A DNA stretch of 33,167 nt from Octopus bimaculoides (lineage: Eukaryota). Made by a program: the position numbers and the translations under genes. The notes beneath the pieces were generated by a model. The model did not search any database. It had not been told where the DNA came from and saw only the letters and a list, made by a program, of their open reading frames with translations. The stretch is from NCBI RefSeq assembly GCF_001194135.2, contig NC_068981.1, positions 22,838,344-22,871,510 on the forward strand, in the 5' to 3' direction. Position 1 is the stretch's first letter. Every line of letters starts with the position of its first letter. This document shows positions 11,317-23,331 of this stretch, in pieces.

Positions 11317-11795
11317 AACAACAAACAAGATGAGGACAAATATCTGTCAAATGTAAATAATGTATATAATTCCTCATCTCTTAAATATAGGACTTTAGTC
11401 TCTCTTATGGTAAAAGGTGTAAAAATACCATACCTGCCCAGTGTTTCCACATAGTAATTCCCAGATGTGGTTTTGGCTCTTTAGCCTTCCTCAATTAAAA
11501 ATACTGAGCACAGGGCAGATAAGGTATTTTTACACTTTTTACTGTAAGAGAGAATTTTTCTTCATGATAATTACAATGAATTTACCTTTAGAAGTGTCAC
11601 AGACATGTTCAAACTAACCAAAAGTTCAATTATTTCTCCGTCACTATTTGGTGCTGATGCTGCTATTAGAATGAAAGTAACATTAAAATGTTGGACGTCA
11701 AATAAGTCAGCACTGAATCAGTGATATGAAATTGTGGTACCAGAACAGCTGTGCCAAAACATCTCATTCCTCTCAAATCTTGCCATACCAATATA

Positions 11796-12012
11796 TGAGG
11801 GGGTGTTGAAAAGTTCCTCACCTTAGCTAAAAGAAAATACAGGAGAATCAGTTAATTATGACTTTATTCAACATATTTCCCTCTCAGATTCACACACTTA
11901 TTGCAGCGGTCCTTCAGTTTTTCTAAGCCCTGTAAAAGACCTTGGAAGGTTGGGCCTCTAACCAGGCCTTTCGCAATACCTTTAAAGTCTGGAAATTTTT
12001 AGCACCTCCTCA
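11796..12012. mobile_element. Tc1/mariner-type MITE (217 bp)
   Basis: 22-bp TIRs tgagggggtgttgaaaagttcc / revcomp tgaggaggtgctaaaaatttcc (18/22); TA on the left side, degraded on the right. Confidence 0.75.
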
Positions 12013-13039
12013 AAGAACCGGAGACATAGTCCTATGTTCCCTATGTGTAGAACAAATGAGTTTGTAATTCCCCCTCATCTTCACCTGTGTTCATAGCATT
12101 TAGTTGGTTGTGATTACTTTATAATTCCAGGGTACCCATGTTTGAGATATCCTGCTTTAGAGCAACAACACCAAGCAAATGAGAGAGCCTTTAATTTGTT
12201 GCTCAACTTGCTAGAAATAGCAGCCAAAATTTTCCTTGTATTGCACACTTTTATCTTAAGGAAAGATAGGGATCACATAGTGTATGAATAAAAGACGGAT
12301 GGTCAGATCTGGAATGTTGTTCATCATAGATCTAACAAATCAGAGCTGACCTGGAGTTAAGCAAATACAAAATGTATAGCAACCTTACTGCTATCAACTT
12401 TATGAACTGTAAGTAGGGCTTCAAATGGTCATGCAACAGACTAGAAAGAGTAGCCAAATGCCCTCAAATCATAATGTTCAGTCTTAAAACAGGAAGGATA
12501 CATTGGAAAGTATAGGATTAAACAGAAAAAGAGAGGAAAACTTTTGATCATAAGTCTGTTCCAACAGAGAGCTAAGCTGAGGCTAAGTAACAACAACAAC
12601 AACAACAACAACAATCATCACTGTTATCAACCAGCTGATAGTGAGTAGAATGTTGTTATCAGGAATTAATTTAATTAACATTACTGATAATTAATATATT
12701 ATCACTTCCATCTCTGTATCTTACCCTCTATCACCTCTATCACAAATCTCAACTTAATGCTCCACTTCCTATGTCCTACAATCTTCTTCCACTTCCTACC
12801 ATCACCTCACCCCACTTCTCTTTAGCCTCTTAGTTTCAGTTTGTACCTGATTGGCTGTGTTGCTAATTGGAGGCTTCTACATTTCAGTGCATAAATAGTG
12901 GTGGTTGTGTAGTTGTGTAGTTGTTGTTGATGCTGTTGTTGTTTAACCTCAGGTCAGGCATGATGGAGAAGGCCTTTGATCAAAAGCTTCCTCATCATGG
13001 CCAGCATATCTCCTGTCTTTTTCTTCTTTCATACCCTTT

Positions 13040-13433
13040 TACTCTTTTACTTGTTTCAGTCATTTGACTGTGACCATGCTGGAGCACCGCCTTTAGTCGA
13101 GCAAATCGACTCCAAGACTTATTCTTTGTAAGCCTAGTACTTATTCTATTGGTCTCTTTAGCTGAACCGCTAAGTTACGGGGATGTAAACACACCAGCAT
13201 CGGTTGTCAAGTGATGTTGGTGGGGCAAACACGGACACACAAACATATACACACACACACACACATATACGATGGGCTTCTTTCAGTTTCTGTCTACCAG
13301 ATCCACTGATAAAGCTTTGGTCGGCATGAGGCTATAGTAGAAGACACTTGCCCAAGGTGCCATGTAGTGGGACTGAACCGGGAACCATGTGGTTCGTAAG
13401 CAAGCTACTTACCACACAGTCACTTCTATGCCT
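13040..13433 (-). mobile_element. Full-length tRNA-derived SINE (family A)
   Basis: Reverse complement of ggagtggctgtgtggtaagtagcttgc...ggttcagtcccact head, central CA/TA microsatellite, and 3' ggtcgatttgctcgactaaaggcggtgctccagcatgg...gactgaaacaagtaaaagag. Confidence 0.88.
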
Positions 13434-14142
13434 ACAATCTATTTAGGAATATATTATATTTGTGCATCTTTTCTTTTATGTGATAGCAGGGTTTGATTTT
13501 AAGAAAATTAGGCTGCTATTTCTAGCAGATGGAGTGAGCATTTAGATGTTCCCTCATATGCAAGATAGTAGCTGTGGTTGTGTTGGTGGTGGTTGTAGAA
13601 TGACAGCGGAAGTGTTGTTGTGTAGCTCTAGGCCAACCTGACTAAATATACATAAATCAGAAAGCCAGCCAAAACTTAATTGTATGTGGCACCTTGGTGC
13701 TCTTTAAACGTGTTGCACCTCTACTGTGCAGTCTGTTTTTGTATTTCTAACTTCTGGTTGTGACAATAGCTGAGTTAGGAAGATTAGCTGGCACTCAAAA
13801 AATATTGTCTGCTCCTGTGCCTTTATTATTGGTGCTGTGATGTGCATCAAAGCGCAAATGTTTGGAACAAACTCTTGATGCAGCTGTTGCTATTTTTGCA
13901 TTTTTTTATGCTTCTCTGGATTCCAAGAGATGAGAGGAAGTGTTGTATTATCCTAGTAAAAGTGTGACATGGGAAAATGAGCATTAAATGATGATGATGA
14001 TGCAGTATACTTTTTAAAAGTGCATCTAAAGCACTTTGGTTTATAGGCTTCATGCTTAATGAGAGGATCATTAAGTATCACAGTATAGTTGATTATTCTT
14101 TCAGCTCCTAATTGGAATATTTTAATGAATCATTTTATGGAG

Positions 14143-14173
<31 letters not shown>

Positions 14174-14228
14174 CAAAATTTATTTTTCTCAATATTTAAA
14201 TAATTTTTAAAAAATTCATATGTTTTAG

Positions 14229-14292
14229 GTGGAGTGGACAAGAATTGCCGGCCTCAAGTTTCAAATCTTCGACCTGGCAGTATTGCACACAG
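14229..14292 (+). CDS. GRIP1: GRIP-like PDZ scaffold, internal coding exon A (64 nt, phase 1 to 2), PDZ1 middle part
   Basis: Acceptor tgttttag, donor AG/gtaaac. Translates (G)GVDKNCRPQVSNLRPGSIAHR, resembling vertebrate GRIP1 PDZ1 [22 protein letters not shown] (recalled). Splices in frame to exon B. Confidence 0.9.
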
Positions 14293-14770
14293 GTAAACAA
14301 TTTTTTTTTTTTTTTTTTAATTAAAGGCTTTAATCTGGTTTTATGTTAGGTGTGTGTATATTTCCTCTTCAATAAAGAAGGATAAAATCCTGATGATCAA
14401 ATACACCCTTTTCATCACTGGGTGGCAAGGTGCGATGAAAACTCCTACCCCACTACCTGGTTATTAAGTAGGTAAGAACAGGGAGAGACAGAAAGGCTTT
14501 CATAGTCCAAAATGATAATAAATTCATTTCTGTGAATCGAATTTATCTATTTTTTTTTTCTCCAAGATGAGAAACCGGGAGCAAAACTGGTTAAGTACCA
14601 AATCAAATTATCCTTACAGTATTTAGTTATGTATCTTTAACTTCTTGGTTCACCTTTTCCTGATTCCAGACTAATCAAAGGTAATCAAATCACTTTTGAA
14701 CTGTTAATAAAATAAGTACGAGTCAAGCAATGGAGTTGATTAAATCAACTACATCTCTCCGTATAAAATT

Positions 14771-14962
14771 TGCAGCTTTCTACCTTAGATAAAAGTCATA
14801 AATTTAGTTATAAATAAAGAGCAGTTTCCATGCCATTTGTGGGCTTTCTTAGATTGGTGAAGTTAATGCAGCTTTGTACCTCAGATGAAAGTCATAAATT
14901 TAGTTATAAATAAAGAGCAGTTTCCATGTCATTTGTGGGCCTTCTTAGATTGGTGAAGTTAA
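14771..14962 (+). repeat. Tandem duplication, 2 x 96 bp
   Basis: tgcagcttt(c/g)tacct(t/c)agat(a/g)aaagtcataaatttagttataaataaagagcagtttccatg... starts at 14771 and again at 14867, with few substitutions. Confidence 0.92.
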
Positions 14963-15080
14963 TGGAGATGATGTTAAGATTAAAAGCCACTATGACAATT
15001 GTAGAAACGAAGAGACTTCGAGAAGAAAGCTGTTTTGGAGGAGGAATGTTTATGAAAGTTGTTTAGTGTGGTGGAATTTG

Positions 15081-15261
15081 GGGAATAAGGTTTTGTAAGG
15101 ATATGAAATGAAGACATACTGTAGCTGAAATGGTATGTAACTAGTGAGTAATTAAAAGCAGGAACTATTGTAATAATGGAGAAAGAGGCCAAGAGAAAAC
15201 CGCATATCTCTGTGTCATTGATTGTTGAGTATTGGGTAGTAGATCATAACTAATCATTTGG
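15081..15261 (+). repeat. Old interspersed repeat, inverted partner of 18118-18305
   Basis: tatgaaatgaa...tggtatgtaac(t/c)agtgagtaa...aatggagaaag...gcatatctctgtgtcattg is shared in opposite orientation. Confidence 0.8.
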
Positions 15262-15640
15262 TTGAATTAGATGTTTGTTTGTGTGTATAACAGTAGCACT
15301 TTCTCAGTCATATCAATGGTACTCTAATGTGGGTCACACTTACACATTATAGTTTGTTGGTCTTTTACATGAATGAATATGTAAATGTAATTTAAAAACA
15401 ATTTTTTTCCAATTATGTCCTCCATTCAATTACATTTATTCAATATTTTTATAGTAATTAGACCATATGTTTTGACATGTGTTTTAAATTTTAAGCTATA
15501 GCATACATAAGTATTTTATGTCTACCTTTTCTGTGTTGGCATGAGTTGAACAGTTTTTCTGAGAAGTTTTAATATTTAAGTACCCTTTCAGTCATCTCTT
15601 ATGAAATGCAGGGACATGGGGTACCTATTCTAAAACCAGG

Positions 15641-15976
15641 GTGCACACAGGAGTGGCTGTGTGGTAAGTAGCTTGCTTACCAGCCACATGGTTCTGGGTT
15701 CAGTCCCACTGCATGCCATCTTGGGCAAGTGTCTTCTACTATAGCCTCGGGCCAACCAAATCCTTGTGAGTGGTTTGGTGTCTGTGTTTGTCCCCCTAGC
15801 ATTGCTTGACAACCGGTGCTGGTGTGTTTATGTCTCCGTCACTTAGCGGTTCGGCAAAAGTGACCGATAGAATAAGTACTAGGCTTACAGAGAATAAGTC
15901 CCAGGGTCGATTTGCTCGACTAAAGGTGGTGCTCCAGCATGGCCACAGTCAAATGACTGAAACAAGTAAAAGAGTA
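15641..15976 (+). mobile_element. tRNA-derived SINE (family A) lacking the central microsatellite block
   Basis: Head and 3' body match 13040-13433 and 32151-32555; the central segment is absent at ~15773. Confidence 0.88.
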
Positions 15977-17528
15977 GTAAAGTACATATGCTCATTCATT
16001 TCAGAGATGTACTTGTTTAGCAAAGTGACTTGATCTGAAATTGTGTTGTAACTGAAGCAATTACACTGTGCAAGAGTTATGTTAGCTACTTGAAAACAAT
16101 AAAAACTGTTAGATTTGATTTGATTTCTTCCTTAAGAGTATCATCATATTCTAGTTAGTGTCACAAGGTTTCATGACACTTCAAAAAGCTGTCACTGGTG
16201 CACTTCAACAACATTCCATCTAGTGGAATTGTTTTAGTGACCAGATTGCAGAAGTGTGACATAGTTTTTTGACATTTAATAGATAATGCTATTACAATGG
16301 TAAAATATTCTATTTTAGTATTATCTAAAGATTAATAACTGAAAAAGGAACTTGGAATTTTTAAATTTCTTAATAAGGAATGCTGAGAAGTTCTCATATA
16401 TCCACTTTCATAAATAGAAGGAATGTGCTCAATACCCATCTGTATAACTCCTAAGACTAGCTAAAAGAATGGTAACGAAACTTGATTTATGAGTTTCCTT
16501 CAGATCAGAGAAATGGTCCAGCTTTTTATAGTTGATTAGACTCTGTTAAAGGTACCATATGACATGGTGTTCTTGCTAATCCAAGTGAGAGATTAAATAT
16601 ACTATCCAAAGTTAGGCAAATGCCTCCTGTTGAGCTTGTGTTAAACTGAAGCTATATGAGACAATATTTGCCCAAGGTGCTCTGATTTAGGATTGAACCC
16701 AGAAGCACATCGGTGCAAAATGAACTTCTTAACCATTTGTTCATATCTTCCCCCATAAAATAAAGCTAAAAGGCTTTGAGTGGAAATCAAAATTGAATTG
16801 CTGGTCTGAAGGAGGTTAACAGTAATAAAGAATTGAAGAATTGATTTTGTTGAAGTTCATTGATAGTAACACTTTTGAAAGACCAGCTACCAAACGTACT
16901 TTGTACACCTATAAATACTGCATCACTAATAGCAGTTAATGGTAGAATAAGTTTTCTAGAAATACGATGCCTTCATTATAAGAAATTATTTCTGTGTTTA
17001 AAAGAAAAATTCTTTTACATCTTAGATGAACGTAAATTCATCCAAACGAACGAAGTGTAGAATAACAAATAAAATGGTTTATTATATTAAAATCATAAGA
17101 TGGAAAAATATATTCTCCACTTGTTGTTAATTCATTGTGGCAGTGACAAGTTTATTCAAACATAATAGAATAATGTTATGTATGTGAGCTTCATGTCTGA
17201 TGTCTTAGGTAAATACTTAAAAAAAGACAACTGTTCTTGATTAGAGACGAACACAATGTTCTACAAGACTTGCTGATAAAAGATATTTTCCAAATTGTAT
17301 ATATGTGTGTGTGAATCCATACAAGTGAGTATACATAAATGTATGTTCTATACATCAATATATAATTTATGCATGAAATACAAGTGAATCTGCATGATGT
17401 GCAAGTGTGTCTGTATGTGTGAATATACACACTAAATATGAAACATTCATGCTTCTCTGCAGTGGCATATGCATTTTAGGGTATACACAATGAAAACTGA
17501 GTTGGGATTTGATGTAGAAAAGGGATAA

Positions 17529-17602
17529 GTTTTGATATGCAGTGGAATGTGAAATCATGGTTGATCTTAATGTGAACTCTAGTGCTGTCTGCTAGTTGGA
17601 AA
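17529..17602 (+). repeat. 74-bp sequence duplicated exactly at 19805-19878
   Basis: gttttgatatgcagtggaatgtgaaatcatggttgatcttaatgtgaactctagtgctgtctgctagttggaaa is identical at both sites. Confidence 0.95.
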
Positions 17603-18009
17603 AGTAACACCATTGAGCCTGTTGTTCTACAAGACAATATCTGTATAACCAATAAAAATAATATCTCAGCTGATAATTCATAGCTTGTCTGTTTTGACAA
17701 CACTATGGTGACAACTGCTACAACAATTACTGGTACAATTGCAACAACTGGTAACATTGAAACTGTGGGTGACCCCATAAGTTTGTTTATGTTATATCCT
17801 GAGTACTCAGTGCTGTTTGGGCTTGAAGGTTCTGCTAATACCATATGAATGGGCACCTCAGCTAATTTGTTGAGAAAATGAATAATGTAAGTGGATGCTG
17901 GCATGCTGTGGGAAGATTAGATGAAATTGACAGTAATCTGTGGATTTAAGCTCACATTGCAGGCCACAAATACACTATCATTTGCTACACACATACATAC
18001 AAATTTCTG

Positions 18010-18017
18010 TCTGTCTG

Positions 18018-18106
<89 letters not shown>
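18010..18106. repeat. Compound (CT)n/(TA)n microsatellite
   Basis: Direct reading. Confidence 0.95.
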
Positions 18107-18107
<1 letters not shown>

Positions 18108-18117
18108 CAACCTTGCC

Positions 18118-18305
18118 AGATGGTTGGTGAAGATCTACTCCCCAACAATTTACAGATCTACAGCCAATGACACAGAGATATGCTGTCTCCTCCCTGCCAC
18201 TTTCTCCATTACTGCAATAGTTTCTACTCTTAGTTACTCACTGGTTACATACCACTCCGGTTGCGGTGTGATTTCATTTCATACCCTTACTGATTCTTAT
18301 TTCCA
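18118..18305 (-). repeat. Old interspersed repeat, inverted partner of 15081-15261
   Basis: Its reverse complement aligns to 15081-15261; the ORF track also shows the shared peptide YSLVTYH. Confidence 0.8.
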
Positions 18306-18392
18306 AATATATAATATTTACACACATAAATATATACACACATTCCCTCACTTTTCTTTTAATAACAAAGCTATTTTATTCCCTTTCCATAG

Positions 18393-18538
18393 ATGCGATG
18401 CTCTTGAAGTTGGCGATTTCATACTGTCTGTGAATGGCATTCGTACATCAGCCTTGAAACATGAAGAAATAGTGAATCTGCTGAAGAATGCTGGAGAGCA
18501 AGTCATACTAGAGGTGGAATATGAAGTTCCTGAATCAG
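18393..18538 (+). CDS. GRIP1: GRIP-like exon B (146 nt, phase 2 to 1), PDZ1 C-terminal half
   Basis: Acceptor ccctttccatag, donor G/gtgagg. Translates (R)[48 protein letters not shown], with the PDZ GD-x-I-x-x-VNG motif and H-E-E-I helix; embedded in ORF 18124..18582. Confidence 0.95.
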
Positions 18539-18947
18539 GTGAGGACCCATTCCAGCACAAACTTGCACATGCACCATTTTGATTTTTCTGTTTTTAACTG
18601 GAGTCAAAAAAAAAAGAAGAAAAAAAGAAATCTTGAAGATACAAATTAACTGATGTTGTTGCTTAGATTGTGGAACAAACAAATCCAATAACCCAGTTTT
18701 CAGTTATGTAATAATGATTCTAGTTATGAGTACTTTCATTGTTCTTACCTATTTACCATTAAAACAAGTTCTAGAGTTTCACGTGGGCGAGCATGGGCGG
18801 TGAGTGTTATGGCATTGCTATAAGCAGGAAATGTTGAAAAAACTTCCATCTCTGCTTGCTTTAACAGGATAATTTTTCAGTATATGGTACTTTAAGTTGG
18901 CTTTATATAAAGATTCTTTATAAGCAAAATTGTATTTCTCTTTGCTA

Positions 18948-19145
18948 TACTCTTTTACTCTCTTTTACTTGTTTCAGTCATTTGACTGGCCATGCTGGAG
19001 CACTGCCTTTAATCGAGTAAATCGACCCCAGGACTTATTCTTTGTAAGCCTAGTACTTATTCTATCGGTCTCTATGCTGAACCTGTAAGTTACAGGGACG
19101 AAAACACACCAGCATCAGTTGTCAAGCAATGTTGAGGAGACAAAT

Positions 19146-19201
<56 letters not shown>

Positions 19202-19312
19202 TATATACGACAGGCTTCTTTCATTTTCTGTCTACCAGATCCACTCACAAGGCTTTGGTCGGCCCGAGGCTATAGTAGAAGACACTTGCCCAAGGTGCCA
19301 CGCAGTGGGATT
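18948..19312 (-). mobile_element. tRNA-derived SINE (family A), head cut by the gap
   Basis: Homologous to 13040-13433. Confidence 0.88.
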
Positions 19313-19677
19313 NNNNNNNNNNNNNNNNNNNNNNNNNNNNNNNNNNNNNNNNNNNNNNNNNNNNNNNNNNNNNNNNNNNNNNNNNNNNNNNNNNNNNNNN
19401 NNNNNNNNNNNNNNNNNNNNNNNNNNNNNNNNNNNNNNNNNNNNNNNNNNNNNNNNNNNNNNNNNNNNNNNNNNNNNNNNNNNNNNNNNNNNNNNNNNNN
19501 NNNNNNNNNNNNNNNNNNNNNNNNNNNNNNNNNNNNNNNNNNNNNNNNNNNNNNNNNNNNNNNNNNNNNNNNNNNNNNNNNNNNNNNNNNNNNNNNNNNN
19601 NNNNNNNNNNNNNNNNNNNNNNNNNNNNNNNNNNNNNNNNNNNNNNNNNNNNNNNNNNNNNNNNNNNNNNNNNNNNN
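19313..19677. other. Assembly gap (N run)
   Basis: Run of N. Confidence 1.
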
Positions 19678-20291
19678 AGTTAAATCAATTACACCGACCC
19701 CAGTACCTAACTGGTTCTTATTTCATTGACTTTGAAAGGATGAAAGGCGAAGTTGACCTCATTGGAATCTGAACTCAGGACGTAAGAAAAGATGAAATAC
19801 CACTGTTTTGATATGCAGTGGAATGTGAAATCATGGTTGATCTTAATGTGAACTCTAGTGCTGTCTGCTAGTTGGAAATTCATGGAGCTGTGCTTTTTCT
19901 GACTTCGTAGGCATGTGTACATGTGTTAGACACATGGTGCTCAAGGTGGTTGTTGTTATGATGGTTTATAATTTAGCTACAGCTGGATGCCTTTCCTGTC
20001 TTCAGCCTTCACATGTTTTCAAGCAAGGGTATATTTTTCCCATGGCCAGACATATTTTCATGGAAGATGGGAAACAAATGACACTACTTGTATGACAATG
20101 ACAAAACATGCACACACATTGCACATGATGGCCATCTCTCAGATTCTGTCTACCAAATCCACTCCAATGGCTTAAGTCAGGTTGGGTCTATGGTGGAAGA
20201 CACTTGCCCAACTGGCAAACAATAGGACTGAATCTAAAATCATGTGGTTGGGAAATGTAGTTCTCAATCACACAAGAAATATACATATATA

Positions 20292-20600
20292 CATCATCAT
20301 CATCATCATCATCATCGTTTAACGTCCGCTTTCCATGCTAGCATGGGTTGGATGACTTGACTGAGGACTGGTGAAACCGGATGGCAACACCAGGCTCCAA
20401 TCTAAATTTGGCAGAGTTTCTACAGCTGGATGCCCTTCCTAATGCCAACCACTCAGAGAGTGTAGTAGGTGCTTTTACGTGTCACTTGCACGAAGGCCAG
20501 TCAGGCGGTACTGGCAACGGCCACGCTCGAAATGGTGTCTTTTATGTGCCACCCGCACAAACCAGTCCAGGGGCACTGGTAACGATCTCGCTCGAAAATC
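20292..20600 (-). mobile_element. SINE-like element, family B (RTE-like tail ccaacccatgctagcatggaaagcggacgttaaacgatgatgat)
   Basis: High similarity, inverted, to 23332-23643 and 24497-24790; internal ~65-bp dimer tgccagt...gactggc...gtggcacataaaa. Confidence 0.88.
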
Positions 20601-21349
20601 CTACGGAAGCCAGATGCACAAAATACAGACATGTGTATGTGTGTGTATATATATGCATATAAAGAATAATAATGATTATTATTAATATTATTCTTTATTT
20701 TCCTATTATTTTTCCATGTGCGGTTAACACAACCCCACCATTTACTGACTTATATATATATGTATAAACAAAGGTACATACATATACACAGCCACATGTA
20801 TCACATATCCTCTTCAGCCAAAAGTGTGTCACTTCAGGATGTGCTATTAATACAATTTTGCACTTATTTTTTTTAAATAGTATTCACTTCACATTATCTG
20901 CACTAAATATAAATGTTGTATAGTATCCTTTAAAAATGTGGCATTTATTTTATAAAAGAATATTTGAGTTAACCTTATTATAATGTTAAACACACCCTGT
21001 TTCAGTGCCATGCCAATCTATGAGTTGGCAAAGGAGTTTCTGTCTAGTTACTCAACCTGCCAGAAATAGCAGAAAAATCACCCCCACGTACCATTATCTT
21101 AAAATAGGAAGGACACATTAGATAATGTTACTTCAGGATATACACACAGACAAGATGGTCATGAGTAGAATGTCTTTAATTATAGGTCCACTCAATGCTG
21201 ACTTCAGAAGAACAATTTCTGCAATAACTCTACTGTTACTGGTATATATATATATATATGCCTGACTTCAAGACAGGCATGCATATGTGTAATGTTTGGC
21301 CCATTTTACTGTAAACCAAAGGGCTGATAGTGTGTCACAGAAAGCTTAA

Positions 21350-21718
21350 TCCTTTAGCATTTTAATCTGCCATCATTATCATCATCATCATCATCGTTTA
21401 ACGTCCACTTTCCATGCTAGCATGGGTTGGACGATTTGAGTGAGGACTGGTGAAACCGGATGGCTACACCAGGCTCCAGGCCCAAATATTCTGTCTGTTT
21501 TATATTCAAACCAGCTAGATCTGCTTTATCCAAACCAGCTAGATCTGCTCTATCTAAAACAGCTAGATCTGCTCTCTCTCACATAATCTACAATATTATT
21601 CTAAAATTAAACAATTCCATCTTCAAAATTTTGAAGCTATGTGAAAATGCATGATTAATTCAAAACAACCTGAATAAACAAGCATTATATTTTACAAAGA
21701 AATCTGAATGCCAAAGGG
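21350..21718. mobile_element. piggyBac-like MITE with TTAA target duplication, nested SINE fragment and 3 x 24-bp internal repeat
   Basis: TTAA (21346-49) + tcctttagcatt ... aatgccaaaggg + TTAA (21719-22); family-B SINE 3' fragment at ~21375-21478; caaaccagctagatctgct(t/c)tatc x3 at 21507-21578. A fragment of the same MITE lies at ~26960-27050. Confidence 0.78.
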
Positions 21719-21765
21719 TTAATCATCATATAGTGTATCTAGCAAATCAAGGAGACACAAACAGC

Positions 21766-21804
<39 letters not shown>

Positions 21805-22544
21805 TCTTACATACAAGAGACTTCCTTCAGTTTCCCTCTACAAAATCCACTTACAAGGTTTTGGTCATCCTTGTGCTATAGTTAAAGGCACTTGCCCAAG
21901 GTTCCACACAGTGCAACTGAACCCAAAACCATGTGTTTGGAAAGCAAATATTAACCATAGATTTATGCCCTTCCTGCATCTATTCCATGTTTCCATTTAT
22001 GCCATGCATGCACCTATTGTGTGTGTGTGTGTGTGTATACACTCACGCACACATACAGAATGATGGTACTCTTGTGCCTAAACAGATTATAGTTATCTCA
22101 TGTTAGTGGAGATAATCAAAATATACACGTTTGTCCTTCATCACTCTTGGGGGTTCATAAAATGATTACCAAAATAATTACCAATAATATATTGGAAGGA
22201 TAACATCTTAATGGTTGTCATTATCAGTAAGATTTTGATGATGATGATAATGATCCTAATGATAATAGTAATTCCAATGATAGTGATAACGAAATATCAT
22301 TAAATTCAAATTTTTCATAGAAATTTATTGCATGCATTTATTAAAACATGTAATCAAAATGTATACTCCCAAAGTTCAACAAGTCGTTAGTCATAATTGA
22401 ATTTGATCTCCTCATAGATTATCTTCAATACAGTTTTGTAGTTGACAAGAAGCATTGATTGATTGATATAAATAAGGGGAATCATGAAATGTTTGAGATA
22501 CGTTGTTGTTTCCAATATTATTTTTCACTCTTTGACCTCTTCTT

Positions 22545-22915
22545 TACACTCTTTACTATTTTACTTGCTTCAGTCATTGAACTGTGGCCATACTGGAGCA
22601 CCATCTGAAAGGTTTATCTGATCAACTAACCTTAGTACTTATTTTATTTTCTGATACTTATTCTAAGAATTGCTTTTTACTGAACTGCTAGGTTACAGGG
22701 ATGCAAACAAACCAACACTGGTTGTCAACTGATGAGAAACAAACACTAACAGATATGCATATAGATACACATACACATACAGTCTACCAAATTAACCTAC
22801 AAGGCATTGACCAACCCAGGTTATAGTAGCAGACATTTACTCATTGTGCTGTACAGTGGAATTGAGCCTGAAACCACACAGCTGCAAAAAGCTAACTTCT
22901 TAAAAAGACAGCCAT
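22545..22915 (-). mobile_element. Old family A SINE
   Basis: Degenerate match to 13040-13433 (ttacttgcttcagtcattgaactgtggccatactggagcacc). Confidence 0.65.
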
Positions 22916-23331
22916 GTCTGTGCTATATATGTATGTATGTGTGTGTGTGTGTGCGTGTGTGCGCACACACAAACACATAGAATTAATATCTACTTTGTTT
23001 CAATTGGTTTTATTTCTGATCATTATCTTATATGGTAATCATACACATGTGTATGTGTGTGTAGAGGGAGAGAAAGTACCAGAATAAATCCAACCTTGGA
23101 ACCCCTATTTATAAAACAAGAATAATAGTGCCCTTATCTTGTGGCACATATACCTAGTGTACTAAGTGTAAGTCTTAGTCTTTTAATGTTGTTAGTGATA
23201 GAGGAGAGAGCTGCTTTTATCATCATTTGATATCTGTTTTCTTATCCTTTTCAAGATACTGACCACATTAGTTATGATAACTGTTTTGAGACCATTTAAT
23301 AATAATAATGGTACGAGATCGTACTTTCGAG

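Larger units (their letters stand above)
10829..11369. mobile_element. Palindromic (fold-back) element: two head-to-head units of tRNA-like head + (AAT)n + hammerhead + tail
   Basis: Centre atgcccatgggcat (11119-11132). The arms are reverse complements along their whole length apart from the microsatellite. The right arm has an A box tggcatagtgg (11134-11144) and a B-box-like gagttcgatttc. Confidence 0.9.

Noticed and set aside
1-14228. Search for the upstream GRIP exon encoding the start of PDZ1 (expected ...KKEG..LGL..S)
   Set aside because: No candidate found by eye; it lies outside the window or in a gap. Likewise no next PDZ3 exon was found in 29423-33167.
16181-16272. Small imperfect nested hairpin
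   Set aside because: Short, bulged stems in AT-rich sequence that are plausible by chance; no ribozyme core.
17476-17904. 142-aa minus-strand ORF, the longest gap-free non-exonic ORF
   Set aside because: No recognisable domain. The opposite strand has a Thr-rich frame with stops. There is no support for coding status, although a decayed coding relic cannot be excluded without a tblastx search.
21507-21578. 3 x 24-bp repeat as a CRISPR-like array or repeat protein
   Set aside because: No spacers, eukaryotic context, and it lies inside a MITE.
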